The position numbers were made by a program, and so were the translations under genes. Below the pieces are notes generated by a model, which was given only the letters and a program-made list of their open reading frames with translations, was not told the DNA's origin and did not search any database. 64,000 bases of DNA, taken from contig CAJUEI010000003.1 of NCBI GenBank assembly GCA_910585255.1, positions 2,782 to 66,781 of the forward strand, read 5' to 3'. Each line of letters starts with the position of its first letter. The stretch's first letter is position 1. Below, in pieces: positions 16,061 through 25,155 of the stretch. The stretch comes from an uncultured Lachnospiraceae bacterium. GTDB lineage: Bacteria > Bacillota > Clostridia > Lachnospirales > Lachnospiraceae.

Positions 16061-18854
16061 TTTTTTAAAGGCGAACTGGCCAATTCTTCTGGGAATTTTT
16101 GGGGCGGTTCTTTATGTATATCGGGATATGATCTTTGGGGTATACCGCTTGTCTTACTCAAATCTAGTTTATCGTATGATGCCTTGGAAAAGTCTGGGAG
16201 TAGCTACAAAGGGACCGATTCTTTCGGATACGATGGACAACCTGATTCAGACTATTTTTTCTACGATGAGAAGCGGAGAACCTTATCAGTTTTGGAACAA
16301 TATGATTGGAATGGGGGCAAAAGAAGATATTTCGATTGTGATGTACCCGCTCTATCTGCTCTATCTGCTTCCGCTGGGGGCTGCTACCTTTATAAAATCG
16401 GTATTTCAGTTTATTATGGCATTTTTTGCAATGTATTGCCTGGTGCGGGAGTTTGGGTGCAGAAAACTGCCGTCAGTTGTGAGCGGAATTTTATATACAT
16501 TTTGTTCCTCATTAGTATGCTGGCATAGCTGGCCTCACAGCGATGTGGCGTTGTTTGCTCCTTTTGCATTTTTGCTGGTATGGCGGTTGGTTCAGAATCG
16601 GAAAGTATCGGACAGTATTTGGCTTGCATTCGTGCTTTATCTTATGCTGGCAGCAGGGATGCCGACTTTTGCTGCCTATTTTTTATATTTGCTGGGTCTT
16701 TGGATTGTGGTGCTTACGATTCACCGCTATCGGACAGAGATACGAAAGATTTTGGTGGTTTTTTGTGAATTCGGCAGCTCGGTTGTGATAGCAGGACTGA
16801 TGAGTTTTCCTTATACAGCACAGCTTTTGTTTTCAGTTGGTTCAAATGGCTATACTGAATCTAGGAGAAATCAGGGGTTTGATACATTGGAGACATTTTA
16901 TCTATCCCTTTCTTATTATCCAGACTGGACACAGGAATTAGCACGTCATTTTAATGAGTGTACCTTTTATATTGGAATGTTGGGGCTGATTTTGTTGCTC
17001 TGTACATTTATTCGGCTGCATAAGCGGAAGAATATTTGGTATTGGGCGGGAGCGGCGGTGGTGCTGCTGCTTTTAACTTATACACATACATTGGATTTTA
17101 TCTATACACGGCTGCCGGCTGTCAATACTTCGAATAAGTTTCGGGTACTGGTGCTTTTAAATTTTACGATTTCTATTCTTGCCGGGTTTCATATAGAGGA
17201 TTTGATAGAAAATCGGGCATACTATAAAAAACATTGGTATCTGTTCTTGCCGGCTGTTTTGATTGTACTGGGCGGATGGGTATATTTTTCTGAATTAGAT
17301 ATCAAGATGCTGTCAGAGACACTTACTGATACAAAAATCATTACACTGTGCTATATTTTGGCAAGTGCTCTGTGTTTGATTTTTTATGCATGGTGGGGGA
17401 GAAAGGAAATTTTAGCGGTGCTCTGTATAGTTGCTGTCTTGGATTTAGGAGGATTTGCCAGCAGCTATCTGCCCTTTATTGAAAAGGGAGAAAAGGATGT
17501 TCCCGATCCGACTGATTCCATTGCCTACCTGCAGGAACATACGCCGAATGGGGAGCGGATTACGGCAGTGGATACCTGGACGCTGTTTCCAAATATGAAT
17601 GTGTTTTATGGGCTAAAGGATACTCGTTCACATAATTTAATTAATACGAATCCAGATTTGACGTTGTACTTTACGGTAATGGATGAGTGGTATTATACAA
17701 CGCCGACTCGGACGGCTGTCTGGGAGATTCAGAATTATAATCTGTTAAAATATCTGGGGGTGAAGTATATTGCGGATACGACCAAGTATGAGACAGAGGT
17801 CTATGTAGAGAATCGGGACGGACAGACTTCTGTAGGGGATCTGCATGGAGAAAAGTATGTAAGGCAGACGTTTACGGTAGAGAGGGACGGATTTTCATCT
17901 CTTCAGATACAGGCGGCTACGTTTGGAAACGTCTATGACAGTTTGGAGGAGCTTCGGGTGCAGCTGACCGAGAAGGGCAGCGGACGGGTGATTTGTGAAG
18001 AGGCATACCCGCTTGCTACATTTCAGGATAATGATTATCTATTAATGGAGTTTGATACGGTTGCTGATTCGGCAGGGAGGGTCTATGAATTGTATATTTA
18101 TAATTCGGCACAGGACGAAAAGCTGCCGGTTACAGTGTGGCGTGCGGGAAAAGATGTATATAAGGGGGATTTAATTGTAAATGGAGAGACGGTGGATGGG
18201 GATTTGATTTTAATTGCCGGGTTTGTCAATGAGAATTGGATGCCTGTCTATGACGGAAAGGATGGTTTATTTATTAAACAGATGAATGAGTGGACAGAGC
18301 GATTTACGCTTTGTGATACGGCATTTATCGGGGATTCGGAGAAGACAACGATTGCTTGGATGGCAGAGGAGTTTTTGCCGCATACGGTGTTTATTTCTAC
18401 GGATTATTACAGCGGGAGCGTGACGGAAGCACAGTTGTGGGATCGGGTGGATACCGTAAAATCGACTGATCCACGCAATGCACCTTATGGACGGATTGCG
18501 TTTTCGAAGTTGGGGGAGGAGGAGCAGGTTACGCTGGTTTCGGAGCGGGATGACTGTACCGTTTTGGAGGTTTCGGTTTCGGAGGGAAGGTTTTTGCTGT
18601 TTAATGAGTATTATGATGATGAGTGGGCGGTTTATATCGATGGAGAGAGAGCGGAGTTGTTAAAGGCGAATTTTTTGATGCGGGCGGTTTATCTGCCGGA
18701 GAGGGGAGTACATCAGGTGGAGTTTCGGTATGAGCCGGTATCGGTTTGGAGGATGATTGGGGTTGCTGGGTGCGGCGTGTTGATTTTATTGGGGGTTTTG
18801 GTGTTTCGGAGGAGGATTCAAATGGGGGTGGATAGGGTTTCAAATAGGAGATAG
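16035..18854 (+). CDS. YfhO-family GT-C membrane glycosyltransferase
   Basis: 939 aa, with many N-terminal TM helices, a large extracytoplasmic C-terminal domain and a final TM anchor. This architecture, and the pairing with a CsbB-like GT2, is typical of YfhO. Confidence 0.75.
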   Translation: MMQKKKINNFLKANWPILLGIFGAVLYVYRDMIFGVYRLSYSNLVYRMMPWKSLGVATKGPILSDTMDNLIQTIFSTMRSGEPYQFWNNMIGMGAKEDISIVMYPLYLLYLLPLGAATFIKSVFQFIMAFFAMYCLVREFGCRKLPSVVSGILYTFCSSLVCWHSWPHSDVALFAPFAFLLVWRLVQNRKVSDSIWLAFVLYLMLAAGMPTFAAYFLYLLGLWIVVLTIHRYRTEIRKILVVFCEFGSSVVIAGLMSFPYTAQLLFSVGSNGYTESRRNQGFDTLETFYLSLSYYPDWTQELARHFNECTFYIGMLGLILLLCTFIRLHKRKNIWYWAGAAVVLLLLTYTHTLDFIYTRLPAVNTSNKFRVLVLLNFTISILAGFHIEDLIENRAYYKKHWYLFLPAVLIVLGGWVYFSELDIKMLSETLTDTKIITLCYILASALCLIFYAWWGRKEILAVLCIVAVLDLGGFASSYLPFIEKGEKDVPDPTDSIAYLQEHTPNGERITAVDTWTLFPNMNVFYGLKDTRSHNLINTNPDLTLYFTVMDEWYYTTPTRTAVWEIQNYNLLKYLGVKYIADTTKYETEVYVENRDGQTSVGDLHGEKYVRQTFTVERDGFSSLQIQAATFGNVYDSLEELRVQLTEKGSGRVICEEAYPLATFQDNDYLLMEFDTVADSAGRVYELYIYNSAQDEKLPVTVWRAGKDVYKGDLIVNGETVDGDLILIAGFVNENWMPVYDGKDGLFIKQMNEWTERFTLCDTAFIGDSEKTTIAWMAEEFLPHTVFISTDYYSGSVTEAQLWDRVDTVKSTDPRNAPYGRIAFSKLGEEEQVTLVSERDDCTVLEVSVSEGRFLLFNEYYDDEWAVYIDGERAELLKANFLMRAVYLPERGVHQVEFRYEPVSVWRMIGVAGCGVLILLGVLVFRRRIQMGVDRVSNRR

Positions 18855-18894
18855 ATGGTTTGGGTAGGTTTCAAATGGGAGACAGATGGTTTGG
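18835..18894 (+). repeat. Tandem ~30-bp duplication spanning the yfhO-like stop codon
   Basis: GGGTTTCAAATAGGAGATAGATGGTTTGG (18835-18863) is followed by AGGTTTCAAATGGGAGACAGATGGTTTGG (18866-18894). Confidence 0.7.
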
Positions 18895-18908
18895 ATAGTA
18901 GTCAGGAC

Positions 18909-19048
18909 GCAGACAGCCTAGAGGGAATCTCTGCTGGGGCCGTTTGCACTAAGGCTTCCTCGCAGCGGGCACATAAGATGCTAAAAGACAGCATCTAAGT
19001 GCCGGCGGGAAGCAATACCCCTGCAGAGATTCCCTCTAGGCTGTCTGC
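18909..19048. repeat. ~140-nt long imperfect palindrome (a second type of hairpin element)
   Basis: GCAGACAGCCTAGAGGGAATCTCTGC (from 18909) is the reverse complement of GCAGAGATTCCCTCTAGGCTGTCTGC (ending at 19048). An inner hairpin reads GGCACATAAGATGCT...AGCATCTAAGTGCC. Confidence 0.75.
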
Positions 19049-19210
19049 TGTGTGTTCCGGGCGGTATGAAATCTTTATGAGAAGTGGAGACGTGGGATAT
19101 TTCGGGGGTAATGAAAGATAGATTGTTTTTGGTGGTTGGAAGGGAAAGGAGAAGATGCTCTTTCTATTTAAAGATAGTTTAAGAATAGTTGGGTGTGCGG
19201 AGGGTGTTTT

Positions 19211-21079
19211 ATGAAGAATATTCCAAAGAAGTGTATAAAGGCGGTTAGGATTTTGATGAGGGAAGGTCCTTCTGTGTTGATGAAGAAGGTGGCAAGTCAG
19301 TTAAAACCGCAGATGGATTATATGGAGTGGCGGAAGGCGGGACTTCCTTCTAGGGAGGAATTGCTTCGTCAAAGTGGGGAGCAGTTCGAGAGACAGGTAA
19401 AATTTAGTATTTTGGTGCCTCTTTATAATACCCCGCTTTCTTTTTTAGAAGAGATGGTGCAGTCGGTTTTGGATCAGAGTTATTCGGATTGGCAATTGTG
19501 TCTGGCGGATGGAAGTGATTCGGAGCACGGAGAGGTTGGGGACTGGTGCAGGGCACTGGTTCAGAGGGAGAATCGGGTAAGGTATCAGAAACTGGAGAAG
19601 AATGGAGGAATTTCGGAGAATACCAATGCCTGTATTTTAATGGCTTCGGGAACGTATTTGGCGTTGTTTGATCATGATGATTTGCTGGCACCGGATGCCT
19701 TGTATGAAGTGTATCAGGCTATTGAGAATCGGCAGGCGGAGATTGTTTATACGGATGAAGATAAGGTGAATGAAGAGGGGACTTTGTATTCGGAGCCGCA
19801 TTTTAAGTCTGATTTCAATTTGGATCTGCTGCGGTCTAATAATTATATCTGTCATTTTTTTGTAGTGAAGCGGGAGATTGTGGAACGGGTCGGAGGATTC
19901 CGCAGTGAATATAATGGCTCGCAGGACTATGATTTTATCTTTCGCTGTGTGGAGCAGACAAAACAGATTGTGCATATTCCTAAGGTGCTGTATCACTGGC
20001 GGATGCATAGAAATTCTACGGCGGCGAATCAGCAGAGTAAGATGTACTGTTATACGGCGGGGCAGAGGGCGATTGCTTCTCATTTGGAACGCTGCGGGGT
20101 AAAAGGGGAAGTTGCGATGCAGGAACATCTTGGATTTTATCGGGTTACTTATCCGGTACAGGGGGAACCGCTGATTTCGATTTTGATTCCGAATAAGGAT
20201 GAAAGGGAGACGTTAAAGACTTGTATCGATTCGATTTTGGAGAAATCTACGTATCGAAATTTTGAAATTATTGTGATAGAAAATAATAGTGTTCAGGCAG
20301 AGACGTTTGCTTTTTATCGGGAGTTGGAGCAGAGGGATAAAGGGAATCGGATTCGGGTAGTGGAGTGGAAAGGGAAATTTAATTTTTCTGAAATTAATAA
20401 TTATGGGGTGTCGTTTGCAGAGGGAGAATATCTGTTGTTTTTAAATAACGATATGGAAGTGATTTCAGAGGATTGGATGGAGCGGATGCTTTCAAATTGT
20501 CAGAGAGAAGAGGTTGGGATTGTCGGAGCGAAGCTGTATTATCCCGATAAGACGATTCAGCATGGCGGGGTAATTCTTGGGCTTGGAGGAATTGCCGGAC
20601 ATGCTTTTTCTAGACAGCTTGGAATGGAACCTGGGTATTTTGCAAGGGCGGTGTGTCAGCAAAACCTTTCGGCAGTTACGGCGGCTTGTATGATGGTTTC
20701 GAAGCAGGATTTTGAGAAGGTAGGGGGATTGGATCAGGAGCTTGCGGTTGCGTTTAATGATGTGGATTTTTGTTTGAAGGTAAGGCATTTGTTGGGAAAA
20801 TTGGTGGTGTATGATCCGGGCGTGGAGTTGTTTCATTATGAATCAAAATCACGGGGAGCAGAGGATACGCCGCAGAAACAGAGACGGTTTCATCGGGAGA
20901 TTGTACGGTTTGCAGAGAAGTGGGAGGAGGATTTAAAGGGGGATCCTTATTATAATCCGAATCTGACCTTGATTGCTGGAGATTTTTCTTTGAAGAGACC
21001 AGAGGAGCGGTTTCGGAAGGATTTGGAGTATGTACAGATGATTCGAGGGATGTTGGAAAAGGAAGGTGACAAGGTATGA
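19211..21079 (+). CDS. Two-domain GT2 glycosyltransferase
   Basis: Two GT-A modules: FSILVPLYNTPLSFL...CLADGSD...FDHDD, then ISILIPNKDERETL...IENNS...LNNDME. I chose the ATG at 19211 behind GGAGGG. Confidence 0.8.
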   Translation: MKNIPKKCIKAVRILMREGPSVLMKKVASQLKPQMDYMEWRKAGLPSREELLRQSGEQFERQVKFSILVPLYNTPLSFLEEMVQSVLDQSYSDWQLCLADGSDSEHGEVGDWCRALVQRENRVRYQKLEKNGGISENTNACILMASGTYLALFDHDDLLAPDALYEVYQAIENRQAEIVYTDEDKVNEEGTLYSEPHFKSDFNLDLLRSNNYICHFFVVKREIVERVGGFRSEYNGSQDYDFIFRCVEQTKQIVHIPKVLYHWRMHRNSTAANQQSKMYCYTAGQRAIASHLERCGVKGEVAMQEHLGFYRVTYPVQGEPLISILIPNKDERETLKTCIDSILEKSTYRNFEIIVIENNSVQAETFAFYRELEQRDKGNRIRVVEWKGKFNFSEINNYGVSFAEGEYLLFLNNDMEVISEDWMERMLSNCQREEVGIVGAKLYYPDKTIQHGGVILGLGGIAGHAFSRQLGMEPGYFARAVCQQNLSAVTAACMMVSKQDFEKVGGLDQELAVAFNDVDFCLKVRHLLGKLVVYDPGVELFHYESKSRGAEDTPQKQRRFHREIVRFAEKWEEDLKGDPYYNPNLTLIAGDFSLKRPEERFRKDLEYVQMIRGMLEKEGDKV

Positions 21080-22050
21080 AGACAACGGTAATTATTCCAA
21101 ATTATAATGGGAAGCATTTTTTAGAGGATTGTCTGAAGGCACTTTCTAAGCAGACACAGACAGATTTTTATACCTTGGTTATTGACAATGGTTCTTCGGA
21201 TGGCAGTGTAGAGTATATTCGGGAGTATTTTCCGAAGGTAGAGGTGGTTTCTTGTAAAAAGAATTACGGGTTTTGCGGGGCGGTGAATCGGGGGATTCGA
21301 ATGGCAAAGACGCCTTATGTGTTGCTGCTAAATAATGATACAGAGGCGGAGGCGGGGTTGATTGAGGAGTTAGAGAGGGCGATAGAGCGGCATCCTAAGG
21401 CATTTTCGGTCAGCAGTAAGATTCTTCAGTTTCGGGAGAGGGAGCGGATGGATGATGCCGGTGATATGTATTGTCTGGTGGGGTGGCAGTTTCAGCGTGG
21501 GGTGGCACGATCGGAGAAGTATTTTGTAAAAGAGGAGCGGATATTTTCTGCCTGTGCTGCTGCTGCGATTTACCGCAGGAAAGTATTTGAGAAAATCGGA
21601 TATTTTGACGAACAGCATTTTGCTTATTTAGAGGATATGGATATTGGGTTTCGTGCTCGGATTTATGGGTATCAGAATTGGTTTTGTCCGGCAGCTCGGG
21701 TTTATCATGTGGGGAGCGGAACAAGCGGTTCAAAATATAATTCATTTAAAGTGAAACTTTCTGCAAGAAACAGCGTGTATATGAATTATAAGAATATGCC
21801 GTCTGGAATGTTGGCTGTTAATTTTCTTCCTCTGCTGATTGGATATCTGGTAAAATGGGGGTTTTTTATTCGAAACGGATTTGGAAAGGACTATGGTGCC
21901 GGGGTGTTGGAGGGAATACGAAAGAGGAAAAAATTAAGAAAAGTTTCATTTGCTTTTTCCCGGATTTGGAATTATATTGAAATCGAGTGGGAATTGTTTC
22001 GAAATTGTTTTCTTTATGTTTATGAGTTTATACAGCGGCGGGTGGAATAA
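21076..22050 (+). CDS. GT2 glycosyltransferase (rhamnosyltransferase-like subgroup)
   Basis: TVIIPNYNGKHFL, IDNGSSDGS and LLNNDTE motifs. ATGA overlap with the upstream gene. Confidence 0.75.
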   Translation: MKTTVIIPNYNGKHFLEDCLKALSKQTQTDFYTLVIDNGSSDGSVEYIREYFPKVEVVSCKKNYGFCGAVNRGIRMAKTPYVLLLNNDTEAEAGLIEELERAIERHPKAFSVSSKILQFRERERMDDAGDMYCLVGWQFQRGVARSEKYFVKEERIFSACAAAAIYRRKVFEKIGYFDEQHFAYLEDMDIGFRARIYGYQNWFCPAARVYHVGSGTSGSKYNSFKVKLSARNSVYMNYKNMPSGMLAVNFLPLLIGYLVKWGFFIRNGFGKDYGAGVLEGIRKRKKLRKVSFAFSRIWNYIEIEWELFRNCFLYVYEFIQRRVE

Positions 22051-22097
22051 ATCAAGACAAAAGTTTGGAAACTGGGAAAGGACTTGTGTGAGGAATC

Positions 22098-23495
22098 GTG
22101 ATAAAAGATAATCAAAAGTATTTTAACCGTATGCATGTGGTATTAGACGGGATTATTATTTTAATTTCATATTTGCTTGCTTACTATATTCGGCTGGAGT
22201 CAGGACTGTTTCCGCAGAAGGCAGAAGAGGGGATGCGGATGCGGGAATATATGCTGATGATCAGCATTATTGTGCCCTATTATTTGGTGCTTTATGCGAT
22301 CTTTCATTTATATACGCCAAAGCGGGTGCAGGGCAGGCGGCTGGAGCTTTCTAATATTGTAAAGGCAAATACGGTTGGATTGATGATCTTTATTGTCGGG
22401 CTTTATATTCTTCGGCTGATGGAGTTTTCCCGGCAGATGATGTTTATCTTTTATGTGATTAATATTTTCTTTGAGACATTGGAGCGAAATTTGATTCGGA
22501 TGGTTCTGCGATCGTTTCGAAAGAAAGGATTTAATTTAAAGCATATTCTTTTGGTGGGCTATAGCCGGGCAGCAGAAGGGTATATTGATCGGATTCATGC
22601 AAATCCGCAGTGGGGGTATATTGTGCGGGGAATTTTGGATGATGAAGTGGAGGCAGGTACGGTCTATAAGGGCGTGAAAGTGTTGGGATGTATTGACAAT
22701 TTGAATATTATACTGCCTGAGAATAAATTGGACGAGATTGCGATTACGCTTGGGATTACACAGTATGCACGGTTAGAAGAGGTTGTAAATATGTGTGAGA
22801 AGTCTGGAGTGCATACAAAGTTTATTCCCGATTATAATCATATTATTCCTACTAAGCCGTATACAGAGGATTTATTGGGGCTTCCTGTAATTAATATTCG
22901 TTATGTGCCGCTTTCTAATACGGTAAATATGGTGGTAAAGCGGATTGTGGATCTGATTGGATCGATTGTGGCTTTGGTGCTTTTTTCTCCAGTTATGCTG
23001 GTGACGGCGATTGCCATTAAGTGCACTTCTCCCGGACCGATATTTTACAGTCAGGAACGGGTGGGGCTGCACAATCGTCCTTTTAAAATGTATAAATTTC
23101 GGTCTATGCAGGCAGCGGAAGTAAAGGATGGGTGGACGACAAAGAATGATCCTAGAGTAACCGGGGTGGGGCGGTTTATTCGAAAGACCAGTATTGACGA
23201 GCTGCCGCAGCTTTACAATGTGCTTCGGGGAGATATGAGTCTGGTAGGTCCCAGACCGGAACGGCCTTTTTATGTGGAGAAGTTTAAGGAGGAGATTCCT
23301 AGGTATATGGTAAAACATCAGGTTCGCCCGGGGATGACAGGATGGGCACAGATTAATGGGTATCGGGGGGATACTTCGATACGGAAGCGGATCGATTGTG
23401 ATCTCTATTATATTGAGAATTGGACAATTGGGCTGGATTTTAAGATCTTGTTTTTAACGTTTTTTAAGGGGTTTATTAATAAAAATGCTTATTAG
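22098..23495 (+). CDS. Polyprenyl-phosphate hexose-1-phosphate transferase (WcaJ/CpsE-type priming glycosyltransferase)
   Basis: N-terminal TM helices, a central Rossmann-like region and the C-terminal bacterial sugar transferase domain (KRIVDLIGS..., PGPIFYSQERVG, FKMYKFRSM, DELPQLYNVLRGDMSLVGPRP). GTG start. Confidence 0.85.
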   Translation: MIKDNQKYFNRMHVVLDGIIILISYLLAYYIRLESGLFPQKAEEGMRMREYMLMISIIVPYYLVLYAIFHLYTPKRVQGRRLELSNIVKANTVGLMIFIVGLYILRLMEFSRQMMFIFYVINIFFETLERNLIRMVLRSFRKKGFNLKHILLVGYSRAAEGYIDRIHANPQWGYIVRGILDDEVEAGTVYKGVKVLGCIDNLNIILPENKLDEIAITLGITQYARLEEVVNMCEKSGVHTKFIPDYNHIIPTKPYTEDLLGLPVINIRYVPLSNTVNMVVKRIVDLIGSIVALVLFSPVMLVTAIAIKCTSPGPIFYSQERVGLHNRPFKMYKFRSMQAAEVKDGWTTKNDPRVTGVGRFIRKTSIDELPQLYNVLRGDMSLVGPRPERPFYVEKFKEEIPRYMVKHQVRPGMTGWAQINGYRGDTSIRKRIDCDLYYIENWTIGLDFKILFLTFFKGFINKNAY

Positions 23496-23581
23496 GGTGA
23501 TCTGGGATTGATTAGAGGGTGCCAGGGTGGAATAGAAATAACAGAAGAAATTGGGTATGGCGGAAAGGAAAAGGTTGAAAT

Positions 23582-24688
23582 ATGAGTAAGAAAAAGTTGA
23601 CGGGACAGCAGAGGAAGAAGAAACTGGCAAGACGCAGAAGGCGGAAAAAGATTCTGATTGTTGTGGAACTTTTGATTTTGCTGGTGCTGGGGGTGGGGGT
23701 TTATGCTGCTTCTAAGTTTAATCTGTTGGAGGTCAATCCGATTGCTGATTCGGATGTGATGATGAATGAGGAAGTGACAAAGAATAAGGAGTTAAAGGCA
23801 TATACCAATATTGCTTTATTTGGAATTGATTCTAGGGATGAGTCGCTGGGGGACGGGAATCGGAGTGATACGATTATAGTGGCTAGTATTAATAATAAGA
23901 CAAAGGAAATTAAGATGGTTTCTGTCTATCGGGATACGTATCTTCTGATTCCAAAGGAGGATCGTACATATGACAAGGCAAATTTGGGGTATTTTTATGG
24001 GGGACCGGAATTGGCGATTAATGAGTTAAATCGAAACTTGGATTTGGATATTACGGATTATGTGTCGGTGAACTTTTCAGCTTTAATTGATACGATTGAT
24101 GCTTTGGGTGGGATTGATGTAGAGATTACGGAGAAGGAATGTTTTTATATTAATGGATATATGACGGAGACGGCGGAAATTACCGGGAAAGAGAAGGTGG
24201 AGCTTTATGAAAGCGGGCTGGTGCATCTCAATGGGATGCAGGCAACGGCTTTTTGTCGAATTCGATATGTGCCTACTGTGAATGGGACAAATGATGACTA
24301 TGGGAGGACGGAGCGGCAGAGATTGGTGATTAGTAAGATTGCGGAAAAGGCGAAGAAGGCGGATCTGCTTACGTTGAATAAGGTGGTGGATACGGTGCTG
24401 CCTAATATTTCGACCAGTTTGACTGCAGGGGAGATTTTGGGGTTGATTTCTGGGGTTGCAAAGTATGAATTGGTGGATAATGCGGGGTTTCCATTTGAGA
24501 AGGTGGGGACTGGAATGGGGAGCAAGGGGGATTGTGTGGTGCCTGTGGATTTGGAGTATAATGTGGAGGAACTGCATCGATTTTTGTTTGGGGTGGAGGA
24601 TTATGCTGTGTCGGAGACGGTGAAGGAGATTAGTGAACGGATTGTTGAGGTGTCTGGGCTGAGACATAAGGAAGTTGGAGTGGAATAA
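23582..24688 (+). CDS. LytR-CpsA-Psr (LCP) family glycopolymer ligase
   Basis: Basic N-terminus plus a TM helix, then NIALFGIDSRDE...GNRSDTIIVASIN, typical of the LCP domain. Confidence 0.85.
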   Translation: MSKKKLTGQQRKKKLARRRRRKKILIVVELLILLVLGVGVYAASKFNLLEVNPIADSDVMMNEEVTKNKELKAYTNIALFGIDSRDESLGDGNRSDTIIVASINNKTKEIKMVSVYRDTYLLIPKEDRTYDKANLGYFYGGPELAINELNRNLDLDITDYVSVNFSALIDTIDALGGIDVEITEKECFYINGYMTETAEITGKEKVELYESGLVHLNGMQATAFCRIRYVPTVNGTNDDYGRTERQRLVISKIAEKAKKADLLTLNKVVDTVLPNISTSLTAGEILGLISGVAKYELVDNAGFPFEKVGTGMGSKGDCVVPVDLEYNVEELHRFLFGVEDYAVSETVKEISERIVEVSGLRHKEVGVE

Positions 24689-24740
24689 ATGGGGGAGATT
24701 GGGAGATTAGGAGGGAATTGACAGTGGGGGAGGGGACGCT

Positions 24741-24981
24741 AGAGTGGGGAAGTGCTCCCTTCCTGCTGTTCCGCTCTCCGAAAAGTAAGAAAGTCTTATG
24801 CCTCTGAGTCTGGATGCATCCAACCGGACGAACCGGCACGCAATTCGCCTCTGCAGGAGGCTAAACACGTGCCTTTTTTTGTCATCAGGAGATGACAAAA
24901 AATTCTAGGGAGCTGACAGAGGCATAAGACTTTCTTACTTTTCTCCGAAGTTACAGCAGGAAGGGAGCACTTTCCCACTCT
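24741..24981 (+). repeat. Copy C of the ~243-nt hairpin element
   Basis: The arm at 24741-24806 pairs with 24917-24981. The core reads GGCACGCAATTCGCCTCTGCAGGAGGCTAAACACGTGCCTTTTTTT followed by GTCATCAGGAGATGAC. Confidence 0.8.
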
Positions 24982-25155
24982 GGCTGTTTTTTTCTGCTTG
25001 TAGAGTTGTTGTGGGTGTGCCTTTGGATTATTGGATTGTGTTTGATTGGGGATGATAGAGTGTTTGTTGGGGTGCAGCGGTGGTTAGGGAAAATCCTTTG
25101 TTTTTAGGCATGGGGTGTGTCAATAGAATGGATAGAGTAAGTGAGGAAATTTGGA

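Noticed and set aside
6271-24667. Antisense or alternative-frame ORFs within the glycan-locus genes (for example 6271-6636, 7875-8258, 12833-13309, 16184-16528, 19637-20128, 20492-20836, 21410-21745, 22872-23318, 24083-24667)
   Set aside because: Each lies wholly inside a well-supported coding region on the other strand or in another frame. The products are His/Arg/Pro/Leu-rich nonsense typical of the strong G-over-C strand bias here.
9823-24981. Interpreting the ~243-nt elements as classical MITEs
   Set aside because: I found no target-site duplications at the three copies. The terminal about 30 nt of the arms are not conserved between copies, and no transposase is present in the window. 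The MITE label is therefore not applied, although a mobile origin is not excluded.
18400-25140. Strikingly G/T-rich, C-poor intergenic and 3'-coding stretches (for example 18480-18900, 24689-24740, 25000-25140)
   Set aside because: This appears to be the general strand compositional bias (G over C on the coding/leading strand) of this part of the chromosome rather than a discrete feature. No repeat unit or motif could be defined beyond the duplication reported at 18835-18894.
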